Origin: a virus
Lineage: Duplodnaviria > Caudoviricetes
Length of the DNA: 57,942 nt
IMG/VR virus record: IMGVR_UViG_3300010398_000012
Coordinates: 1-57,942 of that record
Strand: one strand, 5' to 3'
The notes under the pieces were generated by a model. That model was not told where the DNA came from, did no database searches, and saw only the letters and a list, made by a program, of their open reading frames with translations. The first letter of the stretch is position 1. Every line of letters begins with the position of its first letter. Below are positions 1 through 9,393 of the stretch, piece after piece. The position numbers were made by a program, and so were the translations under genes.

Positions 1-200
1 CAGAGCGGTCGCGGGGAAGAGCTGCAGCACGTCGAGGAACCGGTAGGCCGCGGCGTAGTAGGCGGCCTGCTCCGGTCCCTTGAGCTGGTAGAGGATCACG
101 CCGTCGATCCGGTAGTAGGCGGTCACGAAGAGCCCAGCGAGCCCGAGTGGCAGCGCCGACCGCACGAGCGGCCCCGCGACTCCGCGCCCGAGCCAGCGGT
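1..200 (-). pseudogene. Internal fragment of a Wzx/oligosaccharide flippase-like membrane protein (host-like), truncated at the phage junction
   Basis: Manual translation of the - strand (not in ORF track): ...PLVRSALPLGLAGLFVTAYYRIDGVILYQLKGPEQAAYYAAAYRFLDVLQLFPATAL, typical of the middle of Wzx flippases. Similarity is lost at about 200 and the frame runs off the window start. Confidence 0.7.
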
Positions 201-379
201 GAGTGACGTTGTGTGTTCGCCGGTCACGTGACGTGACCATTTCGGCTGGGTGTGGACAGGTGGCGGAGGTTCGGCGTCTACAAGTTGCCAAGGACAGCGA
301 TACCTGTTCCGGTGCGTCCTAGGTCACCCGGGGCATGTCGTGATGCGCTGACCGCCTGGCCAAGGCGTGGTGCCGGGCC

Positions 380-385
380 TAGGGT
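380..385 (+). promoter_or_regulatory. Putative -10 box of a leaderless promoter
   Basis: TAGGGT lies 7 nt before GTG at 393. Confidence 0.35.
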
Positions 386-392
386 TGCGGGC

Positions 393-923
393 GTGGATGG
401 GTACGCGGTGCGGCTGGCGGCGCTGGGGGTGGCGGCCGAGGTGCATCAGGGCCGGGAGACTCCGGTGCCGGTGCTGACGGCGTACGCTGAGCTGCTGGTG
501 GCGTGGCTTGGTGCCGTGGGTGGCGGGGCCGCGTCGATGGTTCTTTCGCTGCGAGGAGATCCCATGCCGTTGAACGTGGACTCGGTGAACGCTAAGGCTG
601 TGCTGGCGTTTGAGGATGATCATGGGGATGCGGTGCCGCCGCCGCCGGGGACGCGGGCGGTGGCGTCGTCGTCTGATGCGGGGGTGCTGGGGGTCGGGGA
701 CGGCGAGGATGGCGCGGACTCGGGCGGGGTGACGGTGATCGATTTCCCGTTGACGGCGGTGTCGGCGGGGACGTGCACGCTGAGCGTGACGGTGACGGGG
801 CCGGATGGGGGGCCGCTGCTGGGGCCGGATGGGGTGACGCCGATTCCGCCGGCGGCGCCGGTGGAGGTGACGGTGAATCCGGGGGCGGCGGCGGCGGAGC
901 GGTTCTCTGTGCCGGATGCGTGA
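393..923 (+). CDS. Hypothetical protein with beta-rich Ig-like C-terminal part; possible internal start at ATG 564
   Basis: Within ORF 252..923. GAGGAG RBS before ATG 564; SSSDAGVLGV...GTCTLSVTV beta pattern; TGATG overlap with next gene. Confidence 0.6.
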   Translation: MDGYAVRLAALGVAAEVHQGRETPVPVLTAYAELLVAWLGAVGGGAASMVLSLRGDPMPLNVDSVNAKAVLAFEDDHGDAVPPPPGTRAVASSSDAGVLGVGDGEDGADSGGVTVIDFPLTAVSAGTCTLSVTVTGPDGGPLLGPDGVTPIPPAAPVEVTVNPGAAAAERFSVPDA

Positions 924-1486
924 TGGCGCGGGCTGATCTGGAGAAGCTGCTGCCGGTGCTGGGGTATGCGACGGGCGGCACGCTGGCGCTGTACACGGGG
1001 CTGCCACCGGCTCCCGGTGGCGGGGGGCTGTCGTGGGCGGAGGTGGAGGCGTCGGGGGCGACGGGGGTTGCCGCGCTGAACCTGGTGATCGCCAGCCTGC
1101 GGCCGATGCCGCTGGTGGAGGAGCTGAGCGTGGCCCCCGGCCAGATGGTACAGCCGCCGGGGTGGGCGGAGCCGTACCGGGAGCCGGGGGTGCTGCGGGT
1201 GGTGTACCGGGCGCCGGATGCGTATGACTCGGCGGGCGGGGGGAGGGTGCGCCAGCAGCGGTTTCTGGTGACGCTGCCGGCGGATGGGCCGTTCGGGGAG
1301 CCGGCGTGCGGGCCGCGTGCGTGGGCGGCGTGGCTGTTGTGGGTGCTCACGTATTTGGCGGCGCATGAGGTGGCGGAGTTTTTCGTGGCCGGTGGGGAGC
1401 GGCTGTTCGACCCGCATGCGGCGGGTGCGTGGCTGGTGGTGGACTTGCCGCCGCCGCCGTGGGCGTTGCGGTGGTCTGATGGGTGA
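923..1486 (+). CDS. Hypothetical phage protein (HE..EF...G.R.FDPH motif)
   Basis: ATG 923 coupled to the previous stop; C-terminal AAHEVAEFFVAGGERLFDPH. Confidence 0.65.
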   Translation: MARADLEKLLPVLGYATGGTLALYTGLPPAPGGGGLSWAEVEASGATGVAALNLVIASLRPMPLVEELSVAPGQMVQPPGWAEPYREPGVLRVVYRAPDAYDSAGGGRVRQQRFLVTLPADGPFGEPACGPRAWAAWLLWVLTYLAAHEVAEFFVAGGERLFDPHAAGAWLVVDLPPPPWALRWSDG

Positions 1487-1584
1487 GGCTGAGATCACCT
1501 GGGATTTGGGCGGCGGCTTCAGGGCGTCCGGCAGGAGAGCGCGGGCGTGGTGGCTGCCCGCCGTGGCGGGAGAGGCGGTGCCCG

Positions 1585-2001
1585 GTGGAGGTGATCTGCC
1601 AGGGGCCGGGGTGCGGGATCCCGTTTCAGGCGGTCCGCAAGAGCGCCCGCTACCACAGTGACACGTGCCGGCAGCGGGCCCGCCGGCACCCGGACCAGAT
1701 AGGGCAGGCGGCGCCGCAGCGCAAGCCGAAGGGGCGGACCCGGTTGCAGGACGCGACGGCGGCGGAGCTGGCGAAGATCAGCAAGCAGGACACGACGGCG
1801 GGGATCGCGGCGGCGTATCTGGCGGAGGCGATCGACGCGGGCCCCGAGAGCGCGGCGGCGCTGGCCGCTTTGTCGCGGGAGTATGCGGCGGCGATGGACC
1901 GGGCGACGGCGGACGGGCCGGAGACTGACCCGGTGAAGGCGCGGCAGGCCGAGGTGCGCAAGCAGTTGCAGGTGCTGGCCGGTGGCAACGGGGCTGGCTG
2001 A
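1585..2001 (+). CDS. terS: Probable terminase small subunit with N-terminal Cys/His Zn-binding motif
   Basis: GGGAGAGG RBS before GTG 1585; CQGPGC...YHSDTCRQR, then a helical A..LA.AID region; overlaps the terL start. Confidence 0.7.
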   Translation: MEVICQGPGCGIPFQAVRKSARYHSDTCRQRARRHPDQIGQAAPQRKPKGRTRLQDATAAELAKISKQDTTAGIAAAYLAEAIDAGPESAAALAALSREYAAAMDRATADGPETDPVKARQAEVRKQLQVLAGGNGAG

Positions 2002-3592
2002 GGCGCCGCGCCTGGTCGCCCCCGCGTACGCGCACATCCCGGACGGCGCGGGAACGCTGGGCCCGGAGGTGGCGGGGCTGTGTGAGGAGGCGTCGTTCGG
2101 GCCGTTCCCGGAGCAGCGGCTGGCGCTGGACGGGATTTTCGCCCGGGACCGGCGGGGCCGGTCGGTGGCGTTTGAGTCGTGGCTGATCGCGGCCCGTCAG
2201 AACATCAAGACGGGCACGATGAAGCAGGCCACGCTGGGCTGGGCGTTTCTGCTGGGTGAGGACCCGATCATCTGGACCGCGCACGAGTGGGACCCGACGC
2301 TGAATGAGGCGTTCCGCGATTTGGAGGAGCTGATCGGCGGGTACCGGTGGCTGGCCCGGCAGGTGCTGTTCGTGCACGCGGCGGAGCGGGCGATGAAGAT
2401 CGGCCTGCGGAACGGGGCCCGGATCCTGTTCAAGACCCGGACCAAGGGGTCGGGCCGTGGCATCGCTGGTGCGAAGACGATCCTGGACGAAGGCTGGGCG
2501 CTGTCGGCGGCGCAGCTGGGGGCGCTGCTGCCGACGATGGCGGCGCGGTCGCTGCACGGCGACCCGCAGATTCTCGGCGGATCGTCGGGGGCGCGGGAGG
2601 ATTCGGCGGCGCTGCATGAGGTGATCGAGCGGGGCCGGGCCGCGAGCACGGACACGCGGGCGGCTCGGCTGGCGCGCAGGTTGCTGTACCTGGAGTGGTG
2701 TGCGCCGCCGCCGGCGGTCGCGTGTGACCGGGGTGCCAAATGTGACCACGGCAAGACCACCGCCGGATGTGGGTGTGACAAACCGGAGATCGTCCGCCTG
2801 GCCAACCCGTCCGTGGGCCGGCTGATCAGCATGGAGTTCCTGGCCGATGAACGGCAGGCCCTCCCGGTGGCCGAGTGGTGCCGGGAGCAGATGACCTGGC
2901 ACGAGGCACCGCCGGGGGCGTCCAAGGTGATTCCGCTGACAGACTGGGCTGCCGCGCTGGACGAAGCGTCCGAGCCGGCCGGGCCGGTGATGCTGACCGT
3001 GGTGTATTCGCGGAATGCGCGGAATGCGGCCATCGGCCTGGCTGGCCGCCGCCCGGACCGGGGCTGGCATGTGGAGGTCGCGGACGAAGTGACCCCGTCG
3101 CAGGTGGGGTTCCGGGTGCGGGAGATCATCGCCCGCGCCGCGTCCGAGGGCCGCACCGTGGCGCAGCCGGTGGGGGTGGACGGTAACGCGTTTGAGAAGG
3201 ACTGCATCCCGAAGCTGGAGCAGCGGCTGACGTTCGATGACGCGACGGCGGGGCTGAAAGACCTGGAGCGCAAGCGGCTGGAGCCGCTGCGCGAGCACTG
3301 GCCCGAGACGGTGGCGGTGCGGGTGCTGACGACGGGGGATGTGGCGGCGGCGTTCGTCGGGTTCCGGGACTCGCTGACCGAGGCGCACGACCTGTTCCAC
3401 CGGGGGCAGGATGCGCTGACGATGGCGCTGGTGGGGGCGACGGCGCGGGACGTGGGGGACGCGGGGCAGGCGTGGGGGCGGAAGCGGTCGGATGCCGACA
3501 TTGAGTGCCTGGTGGCGGTGACATACGCGCGGTGGTTGCATGAGCAGGAGTGCCCGGTGGCGGAGGCCGAGCCGGGTGCGTGGGTGCTGTAG
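1982..3592 (+). CDS. terL: Terminase large subunit
   Basis: PFPEQ Q-motif, ARQNIKT Walker A-like, WTAH, RTKGSGRG, ILDE Walker B, EW..ANPS, C-terminal AWGRKRSDADI; position upstream of portal. Confidence 0.92.
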   Translation: MATGLAEAPRLVAPAYAHIPDGAGTLGPEVAGLCEEASFGPFPEQRLALDGIFARDRRGRSVAFESWLIAARQNIKTGTMKQATLGWAFLLGEDPIIWTAHEWDPTLNEAFRDLEELIGGYRWLARQVLFVHAAERAMKIGLRNGARILFKTRTKGSGRGIAGAKTILDEGWALSAAQLGALLPTMAARSLHGDPQILGGSSGAREDSAALHEVIERGRAASTDTRAARLARRLLYLEWCAPPPAVACDRGAKCDHGKTTAGCGCDKPEIVRLANPSVGRLISMEFLADERQALPVAEWCREQMTWHEAPPGASKVIPLTDWAAALDEASEPAGPVMLTVVYSRNARNAAIGLAGRRPDRGWHVEVADEVTPSQVGFRVREIIARAASEGRTVAQPVGVDGNAFEKDCIPKLEQRLTFDDATAGLKDLERKRLEPLREHWPETVAVRVLTTGDVAAAFVGFRDSLTEAHDLFHRGQDALTMALVGATARDVGDAGQAWGRKRSDADIECLVAVTYARWLHEQECPVAEAEPGAWVL

Positions 3593-3637
3593 ATCATCCG
3601 TCCGGGACATTGGCGGGTCCCTACAAACCGTGGAGGC

Positions 3638-4135
3638 GTGATGCGCAGGTGGACGGCGGCGGCCGTGGCGGCGCTGGGCCTGGTGCCGCTGACGGTGGCG
3701 CTGGTGCTGACGGCGGCGACCCGGGCATCGGCGGATGACCCGCACTGTATCCAGCACGGCACCAAGCACGCGTACCTGTGCTACTACCACCAGCCGGGGA
3801 CCGGCGGCGGCGTGTACGCCACGCTGGTGCTGTTTGAGAACTGGTACTACTGGCACCCGTTCTCCGGTGACCAGGTGGTCGATGAGACCTACGCCAAGGA
3901 TTCCGCGCCCGGGTTCGGCACGGCGAACGGGCACCGGACGATCCATTTCGCGGACGCCAATGAGGTGGCGGACGGGCCGTGGCTGGCGAACTTCCCGCAC
4001 AACAGGCAGCCGCCACGGGACTGTTCCGAGGCGTCTAACGACGGCACCGTGCAGGCGTGTACCGGCAACGAACGCCAGTCGGCCATGGATTTCCAGCACG
4101 CCATAGTCACCGACCAGATCCCGCATTCGTTCTGA
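3638..4135 (+). CDS. Secreted protein of unknown function
   Basis: GGAGG RBS; RR plus hydrophobic core and ASA|DD signal-peptidase-like site; 4 Cys. Confidence 0.75.
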   Translation: MMRRWTAAAVAALGLVPLTVALVLTAATRASADDPHCIQHGTKHAYLCYYHQPGTGGGVYATLVLFENWYYWHPFSGDQVVDETYAKDSAPGFGTANGHRTIHFADANEVADGPWLANFPHNRQPPRDCSEASNDGTVQACTGNERQSAMDFQHAIVTDQIPHSF

Positions 4136-4145
4136 GGGAGGCGCC

Positions 4146-4505
4146 GTGAGCCAGGCCGAGGGGGCGGTGAGCCTGTCGGGGGCGGCGATGGCCACGACCC
4201 CGCGCACGCTGGTGGTGGTCGCCGGGGTGATCCAGCTCCAGCAGTGCGACATGTACGCGCACACCTGCGGGATGATCGACGCGCACCACGTCATCCCGCA
4301 TTCGTGGTGGATCGCGGCCGGGAAAGAGGTGGACACGCCGCTCAGAAACCTGTGTCCAAATTGCCACTATTCGACCCACGTGTGTATCGACGGGCTGATC
4401 AAGGGGCAGGACATTCACCTGCTGCCGCCGCGCTGCCAGGCCCTGGCGAAGGCGGCCATGGACGGCGCCGCGCAGTACGGCCTGACCCCGGCGCTGACCC
4501 TCTAG
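4146..4505 (+). CDS. HNH endonuclease-like protein
   Basis: C..AHTC...DAHHVIP...LRNLCPNCHYSTH; GGGAGG RBS. Confidence 0.75.
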   Translation: MSQAEGAVSLSGAAMATTPRTLVVVAGVIQLQQCDMYAHTCGMIDAHHVIPHSWWIAAGKEVDTPLRNLCPNCHYSTHVCIDGLIKGQDIHLLPPRCQALAKAAMDGAAQYGLTPALTL

Positions 4506-4515
4506 GGAGGCGGTC

Positions 4516-4851
4516 ATGGGTGATGCGCGGGCCCGGGTGACCCGGGAGGTTTTGGCGTGGCGGGCGCGGCATCCGCTGCCCCGGCCGTGGCGGCGGTGGC
4601 CGCGCGGCCTGGCCACCAACGTGGCCCTCGTGCTCATCGGCCTGGCCGGGGGGATTTTCGGCGGGGCGCTGGTGGGCCGGTGGATGGCCGGGCTGGTGAT
4701 CATGGCCGAGTCGGCGCTGGTCGTGTACGTGGGGTTCAACCGGGAGGACGCCCAGCCCCGGCCGCTGCGCGGTGCCCGGACCACGGCGCAGGTGCTGGCC
4801 GATGAGGCCGAGTATGAGCGGGGCGTGGATGAGGCGGAGGGCGGCGGATGA
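4516..4851 (+). CDS. Membrane protein (about 2 TM)
   Basis: GGGAGG RBS; two hydrophobic stretches. Confidence 0.7.
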   Translation: MGDARARVTREVLAWRARHPLPRPWRRWPRGLATNVALVLIGLAGGIFGGALVGRWMAGLVIMAESALVVYVGFNREDAQPRPLRGARTTAQVLADEAEYERGVDEAEGGG

Positions 4852-5066
4852 ATCGGCTAAGGTACTGCTGGTCTGACCGGCGCTATCTGCTGGCCAAGCG
4901 CCGGAAAGCGGTCATCATGTGGGTCGCCTGGCACCTGCCGCGCGAGCTGGTGGCGTGGTGCTATTGCCGCGTCGGGGCACATGCCACCACCGGCGAGTAT
5001 GGCGACACGATAGTTCCTGAGCTGTCGATGCTGGACGCCCTTCGGCGCTGGGATGACCGTGGCTGA
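4848..5066 (+). CDS. Hypothetical protein
   Basis: ATGA coupling; AWHLPRELVAWC...AHATTG. Confidence 0.65.
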   Translation: MNRLRYCWSDRRYLLAKRRKAVIMWVAWHLPRELVAWCYCRVGAHATTGEYGDTIVPELSMLDALRRWDDRG

Positions 5067-5265
5067 GCCCGAGCTGCACATAACCAGGCTGACCGGGTGG
5101 GCGTGGGTGTCGGTGGATGACCGGGGCCGGCCGCTGGCCCACGGCGAGCCGATGACGGAGGTTGCGCCGGGGGTGTGGAAAGAACCCTGGGTCGTGGCGG
5201 TCGAGGAATATCTGTCCCGGCTGTTCCCCCTGGGGGAGGCGGGCGGCGGTGACCGCGAATCCTGA
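5053..5265 (+). CDS. Hypothetical protein
   Basis: Overlaps both neighbours in operon style. Confidence 0.55.
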   Translation: MTVAEPELHITRLTGWAWVSVDDRGRPLAHGEPMTEVAPGVWKEPWVVAVEEYLSRLFPLGEAGGGDRES

Positions 5266-5494
5266 CAACGGCGCCTATGTCACCTGGGGCCGGTATGACG
5301 AGGCGCACCGGGCGCTAGTGGACCGGCTGGACCGCCTAGAAGCCGCGATGGCCCACGACTCAGAACGCCGCGACGCCGCCGCGCTGTCCCGGAGGAACCG
5401 CGTATGGCTGCTGGTGCTGGGAATCCTGACGGGGGTGATCTCCCCGCTGGTGGTGTCCAGCGTGATCACGATCGCGCACCTCGCCACGCACTGA
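5249..5494 (+). CDS. Small coiled-coil protein with C-terminal TM helix
   Basis: GGGAGG RBS before GTG 5249; LVDRLDRLEAAM then VWLLVLGILTGVISPLVV. Confidence 0.65.
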   Translation: MTANPDNGAYVTWGRYDEAHRALVDRLDRLEAAMAHDSERRDAAALSRRNRVWLLVLGILTGVISPLVVSSVITIAHLATH

Positions 5495-5748
5495 TGGCCC
5501 TGGTGCCGTGGTGGGCGTGGGCTGGTGTGGCGGCGGCGGTGGCGCTGGTGGTGTTCGCTGCGACGGTGAACACGGTGGCGGTGGTGACGCTGATCAACAG
5601 CCAGCATCGGCAGCGGCAGGAGCTGGTCCAGCAGCGGGCGGACTTCTGCGCGGCGGAGCGGGACATCCGGGCGAAGTTCGCGGAGATTGAGACCGAGATC
5701 GGCACCCACATCTACGTGTACATCCCGCCCTCGGAACTGTGCCGGTGA
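5494..5748 (+). CDS. Single-TM membrane protein
   Basis: TGATG coupling; N-terminal TM, short coil with 2 Cys. Confidence 0.65.
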   Translation: MALVPWWAWAGVAAAVALVVFAATVNTVAVVTLINSQHRQRQELVQQRADFCAAERDIRAKFAEIETEIGTHIYVYIPPSELCR

Positions 5749-5960
5749 AGGCGCTGCTGCGGCGGCTGGCCCGCCGCTGTGAGATACACGACCGGGCGTC
5801 GGAGGCGAAGACCGCGCGGCTGGAGGTGGAGACCGGTGTGGATCCTGGCGCGGAGGTGCGGCGGTGGGCCGCGCCGCTGGAGCACCGGTTCGATGACCCG
5901 GACCTGATCGACTGCGGCAGGGAATGGTGCCGCCGCCGCCGAGCTGAGACCTGGAGGTGA
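5745..5960 (+). CDS. Hypothetical protein
   Basis: GTGA coupling; fills the gap before portal. Confidence 0.5.
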   Translation: MKALLRRLARRCEIHDRASEAKTARLEVETGVDPGAEVRRWAAPLEHRFDDPDLIDCGREWCRRRRAETWR

Positions 5961-5963
5961 GCG

Positions 5964-7565
5964 ATGCGGCTGTGGGACCGTGCCCTCTCCCGGCAACAGC
6001 CCATCGGCTCCGGGTACAACGAACAGATGTATTCGGGGGCGGAGTACGTCGGCACCTGGGACTCCGGGCAGGGCGGCGTCACCGAATCAGCGGCGGCGGG
6101 GGTGGTGCGGACCGCCCGCGAGGTGATGTCGTCCAACGGGATCGTGTTCGCGGTGATGGCGCTGCGGATGTCGCTGTTCTCCGAGGCCCGGTTCCGGTTC
6201 CAGGCGCTGACCGACCAGCACACGTTCGGGGATACGTCGCTGGCGCTGCTGGAGCATCCATGGCCGAACGCCGACTCCGGGGAGCTGCTGTCCCGCGCCC
6301 AGCAGGATGGGTCGATGGGGAACTTCTATGCGCGGCGGGCGACCCCGGCGGACCCGGCGGAGGGCGGCACCCGGATCGTGCAGATGCGCCCGGAGAACGT
6401 GATCATCGTGTCCCGGGAGATCACCGACGACGGGGGCCGGGTGTGGCGGGAGCCGGCCGGGTACCTGGAGATGCGGCCCGGCGGGCATGAGCCGCAGGTA
6501 TTCACCGTCGATGAGGTGGCGCATTTTTCCCCGGTCCCGGATCCGTCCGCGCGGTGGCGGGGCATGTCGTGGCTGACGCCGATCCTGCGGGAGGTGTACG
6601 CCGACCAGGCGCTGACCCGGTACAAGTCGTTCCACCTGGACAACGGGGCCATGCCTGGCCTGACGATCAAGTACAGCATGAAGCTGTCGGAGAAGACGAT
6701 CAACGGGCTGCGGAAGCGGATCCGGGCGAAGTACGGCGGCCCGGACAACGCCGGGAACGTGCTGGTTTTGGATGAGGGCGCGGACGCGATGGTGACCGGG
6801 TCCACGCTGGAGCAGTTGCAGGCCGACGCGATCACCAAGGCGGGGGAGCGGCGGGTGTGCGCGGCCGGCGGCCCGGGACTGCTGGAGATCTGCGGGTTTG
6901 AGCCGGGCACCTACCAGGACGCGATCCGCCAGTTCGGTGACCTGTGGGCCAGGCCGCAGTGGCGGATGCTGTGTGCCGCTTTGGAGCACCTGATTCCCGG
7001 GCCGGCGCAGAACCCGGCCGTGCCGGTCCGCCTGTGGTATGACGTGTCCGGGATCGCCGCGTTGCGGGAGGGGGAGCTGTCCCGGGCGCAGTCGTACCTG
7101 GTGAAGGCGCAGGGGCTGGCGTCCACGATTCAGGCGGGGATGACCCGGGAGTCGGCCATCAAGGCCGCCGACGCGGGGGACCTGTCGTTGCTGGCCCCGG
7201 ACCCGAACGCGCCACCTCCCGGGGTGTCTGGGCGGGCGACCGAGCGGGTCGGGCAGGGCGGTTTCGACGCCGGCCCCGGGCCCGGCGGGCAGCAGGCCGG
7301 CTCCGGTGGCACGCTGCCGGGGACGCCGCAGCCACCGACCGGCGGCCCCGCCGGGGGCGGTGCGGGGCGGGCACCGCAGGCGGGCAGGCCGCAGCAGTTG
7401 CCGGGGGTGGGGCGGCCGAATCTGCCGAACGCGCTGCCGGCGAAGGCGGGGGCGGGGACTCCCGCCCTGCCGGGCGGCGCACGCGGTTCCAATGGCCGGG
7501 GGCGGGTGTCGCGGGCTGAGGTGGAGGAGTGGCCGCCGTGGTGGGCCGGCTACACCGGGGGGTGA
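5964..7565 (+). CDS. HK97-type portal protein with long Gly/Pro-rich C-terminal tail
   Basis: LLEHPWPN, GNFY, EVAHF, RGMSWL, NGAMPG, GPDNAGNVLVLDEG; GGAGGTGA RBS. Confidence 0.92.
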   Translation: MRLWDRALSRQQPIGSGYNEQMYSGAEYVGTWDSGQGGVTESAAAGVVRTAREVMSSNGIVFAVMALRMSLFSEARFRFQALTDQHTFGDTSLALLEHPWPNADSGELLSRAQQDGSMGNFYARRATPADPAEGGTRIVQMRPENVIIVSREITDDGGRVWREPAGYLEMRPGGHEPQVFTVDEVAHFSPVPDPSARWRGMSWLTPILREVYADQALTRYKSFHLDNGAMPGLTIKYSMKLSEKTINGLRKRIRAKYGGPDNAGNVLVLDEGADAMVTGSTLEQLQADAITKAGERRVCAAGGPGLLEICGFEPGTYQDAIRQFGDLWARPQWRMLCAALEHLIPGPAQNPAVPVRLWYDVSGIAALREGELSRAQSYLVKAQGLASTIQAGMTRESAIKAADAGDLSLLAPDPNAPPPGVSGRATERVGQGGFDAGPGPGGQQAGSGGTLPGTPQPPTGGPAGGGAGRAPQAGRPQQLPGVGRPNLPNALPAKAGAGTPALPGGARGSNGRGRVSRAEVEEWPPWWAGYTGG

Positions 7566-7825
7566 GCTGGGGCGGGCCGCCGCCGTCGTGGCGGGATGTG
7601 GAGTTGTGGATCGCGCTGCTGCTGATCGCGCTGGGCATGGTGGCGTTGGCGTGCCTGGTTTTGGGTGCGGCGATCGGGTCGGGGTGGCGGCTGTTCATGC
7701 TGACCAGCGGCCGGGCGCGGCTGGCCCGGCCGGTCCGGGTGCGGCCGGTGCCGGGGGTGTGGCCGGGCAGTGAGACGACGAACCCGCTGCCGGTGGTGGA
7801 GCTGCCGCCGGGGGAGCGGCAGTGA
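7562..7825 (+). CDS. Small membrane protein
   Basis: GTGA overlap with portal stop; LWIALLLIALGMVALACLVLGAAI. Confidence 0.6.
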   Translation: MSWGGPPPSWRDVELWIALLLIALGMVALACLVLGAAIGSGWRLFMLTSGRARLARPVRVRPVPGVWPGSETTNPLPVVELPPGERQ

Positions 7826-9393
7826 GGGCGGTGCGGGGGCTGGGCTGGGACCCGGCCGGTTTGGACGTGCTGCGCGCGGTGGGGTGGACGCCGTCGCTGC
7901 ATCCGCGCGGGCCGCACGGGAAGTTCGCCCGCAAACCCGGCCTGCCCGCCGGCGGGCCGGGGCGGCCGGGGCGGATTGGCCAGCAGCTAGAGGTCATGCT
8001 GGCGGAGGTGGACCGCCGGTACGCCAAGGGTTACCCCGACGACCCGATGCAGAATGCCCAGTTCCTGCACGAGCAGATGCGCAAGGCCGTCAAGGAGATG
8101 GCGGACGGTAACCCGTACGCGGCGGGGGCCGCGCTGGGGCAGGTGGAGTACCGGGCCCGGGAGGCCGGCCTGGACAGCCTGGCGGACCGGGCGCACATGC
8201 TCCAGGCAGCCCCCGGGCTGGGTGTCTTGGCGAAACCGGAGGCGCCGGGTGAGGTGGCCGACCTGGCTGACAAGGGCCAGGCCGTGCTGATGCAGATGTC
8301 CGGCAGCGACCTGTCCCGGTTCAACGGGCAGGTGTACGTGGGGGACGACCCGTCGTGGGTGGGGATGATGGGCTGGGACGGGCGGATGGGCCTGGACCGG
8401 GGGACCACCAATGCGCTGGCCGAGGCGGCCAACGGGGAGCCGGTCAAGTCGGTGGAACCGTTCACCACGCTGCTGCACGAGCTGCTGCACGCGGCGGGCG
8501 GCACCGACGCCACCGCGCAGGCGGATGGCCGGTCGTACATGGAGGGAGTGAACGGGAAGGCGATCGAGGAGGGGTTCACCGAGCTGGGGTCGCGGCTGGA
8601 CGCGGCCGAGTTCACCCGCCGCCTGGGCGTGGGGGATCTGCCGACGCCGGTCCTGGCCCGCGACCCGGCGACCGGCGGCGCGATCGACAATCCGGCGTGG
8701 GACAAGGCCAAGTCCTCACTGGCGGGGCACCTGATCGCGCTGCACACGGCGCTGACGGAGGACCGGTTTCACGCACCCGGCGACCATGCCGCGCACAATA
8801 AGGCGATCGGGGCGGTGGAGGAGGCGTCACGGCTGCTCCGCGACGATGTCCTGTTCGCCTCCGATGACGCGCTGCGGATGGCCCAGCGGGTGTGGTCGGA
8901 GGACCCGGCGGTGAAGACCGCGCTGGACGGGGCACGGCACGCTTTGGACCGGGCCCGGCAGGTCCCGGCCGCCAAGCATCGGACGGTGGCCGAGGAGCTG
9001 GCCGAGGAGGCGAGCCCATCCCGGTTGCGGAACGGCGTGGGAGTGTCGTACCCGGAGTGGGTGCGGAACGCCCAAGCATGGTCGGAGGCCATCGCCAAGA
9101 TGGAACGCAAGGCCGGGCTGCTGCGCAAGCAGACCCTCGCCGCGCGGGCGGCGGACCTGGCCCGCGAGGTCGCCTATGCGGGGACCCGGGACAAGTCGGC
9201 GGTGCTGGCGGCGCAGTTGCTGCGGGCGGCGGCGGTGACCGACTCGGGGCGGGAGATGGAGAACGGGGAGACGCTGACCGCGTACACGCGGCGGAACGTG
9301 GTGTCGTACTGGCTGAGCGCGGGAACCCGGGCGGCCGATCAGGTGGCTACCCAGGTGGGGCAGTTGCGGAGGTGGCTTGATGCCGGCACGTGA
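7822..9393 (+). CDS. Zincin-like metallopeptidase with N-terminal WTPSLHPRGPHGKF tag (putative head cargo)
   Basis: LLHELLHAAG (HEXXH) followed by IEEGFTE; GTGA coupling. Confidence 0.75.
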   Translation: MRAVRGLGWDPAGLDVLRAVGWTPSLHPRGPHGKFARKPGLPAGGPGRPGRIGQQLEVMLAEVDRRYAKGYPDDPMQNAQFLHEQMRKAVKEMADGNPYAAGAALGQVEYRAREAGLDSLADRAHMLQAAPGLGVLAKPEAPGEVADLADKGQAVLMQMSGSDLSRFNGQVYVGDDPSWVGMMGWDGRMGLDRGTTNALAEAANGEPVKSVEPFTTLLHELLHAAGGTDATAQADGRSYMEGVNGKAIEEGFTELGSRLDAAEFTRRLGVGDLPTPVLARDPATGGAIDNPAWDKAKSSLAGHLIALHTALTEDRFHAPGDHAAHNKAIGAVEEASRLLRDDVLFASDDALRMAQRVWSEDPAVKTALDGARHALDRARQVPAAKHRTVAEELAEEASPSRLRNGVGVSYPEWVRNAQAWSEAIAKMERKAGLLRKQTLAARAADLAREVAYAGTRDKSAVLAAQLLRAAAVTDSGREMENGETLTAYTRRNVVSYWLSAGTRAADQVATQVGQLRRWLDAGT

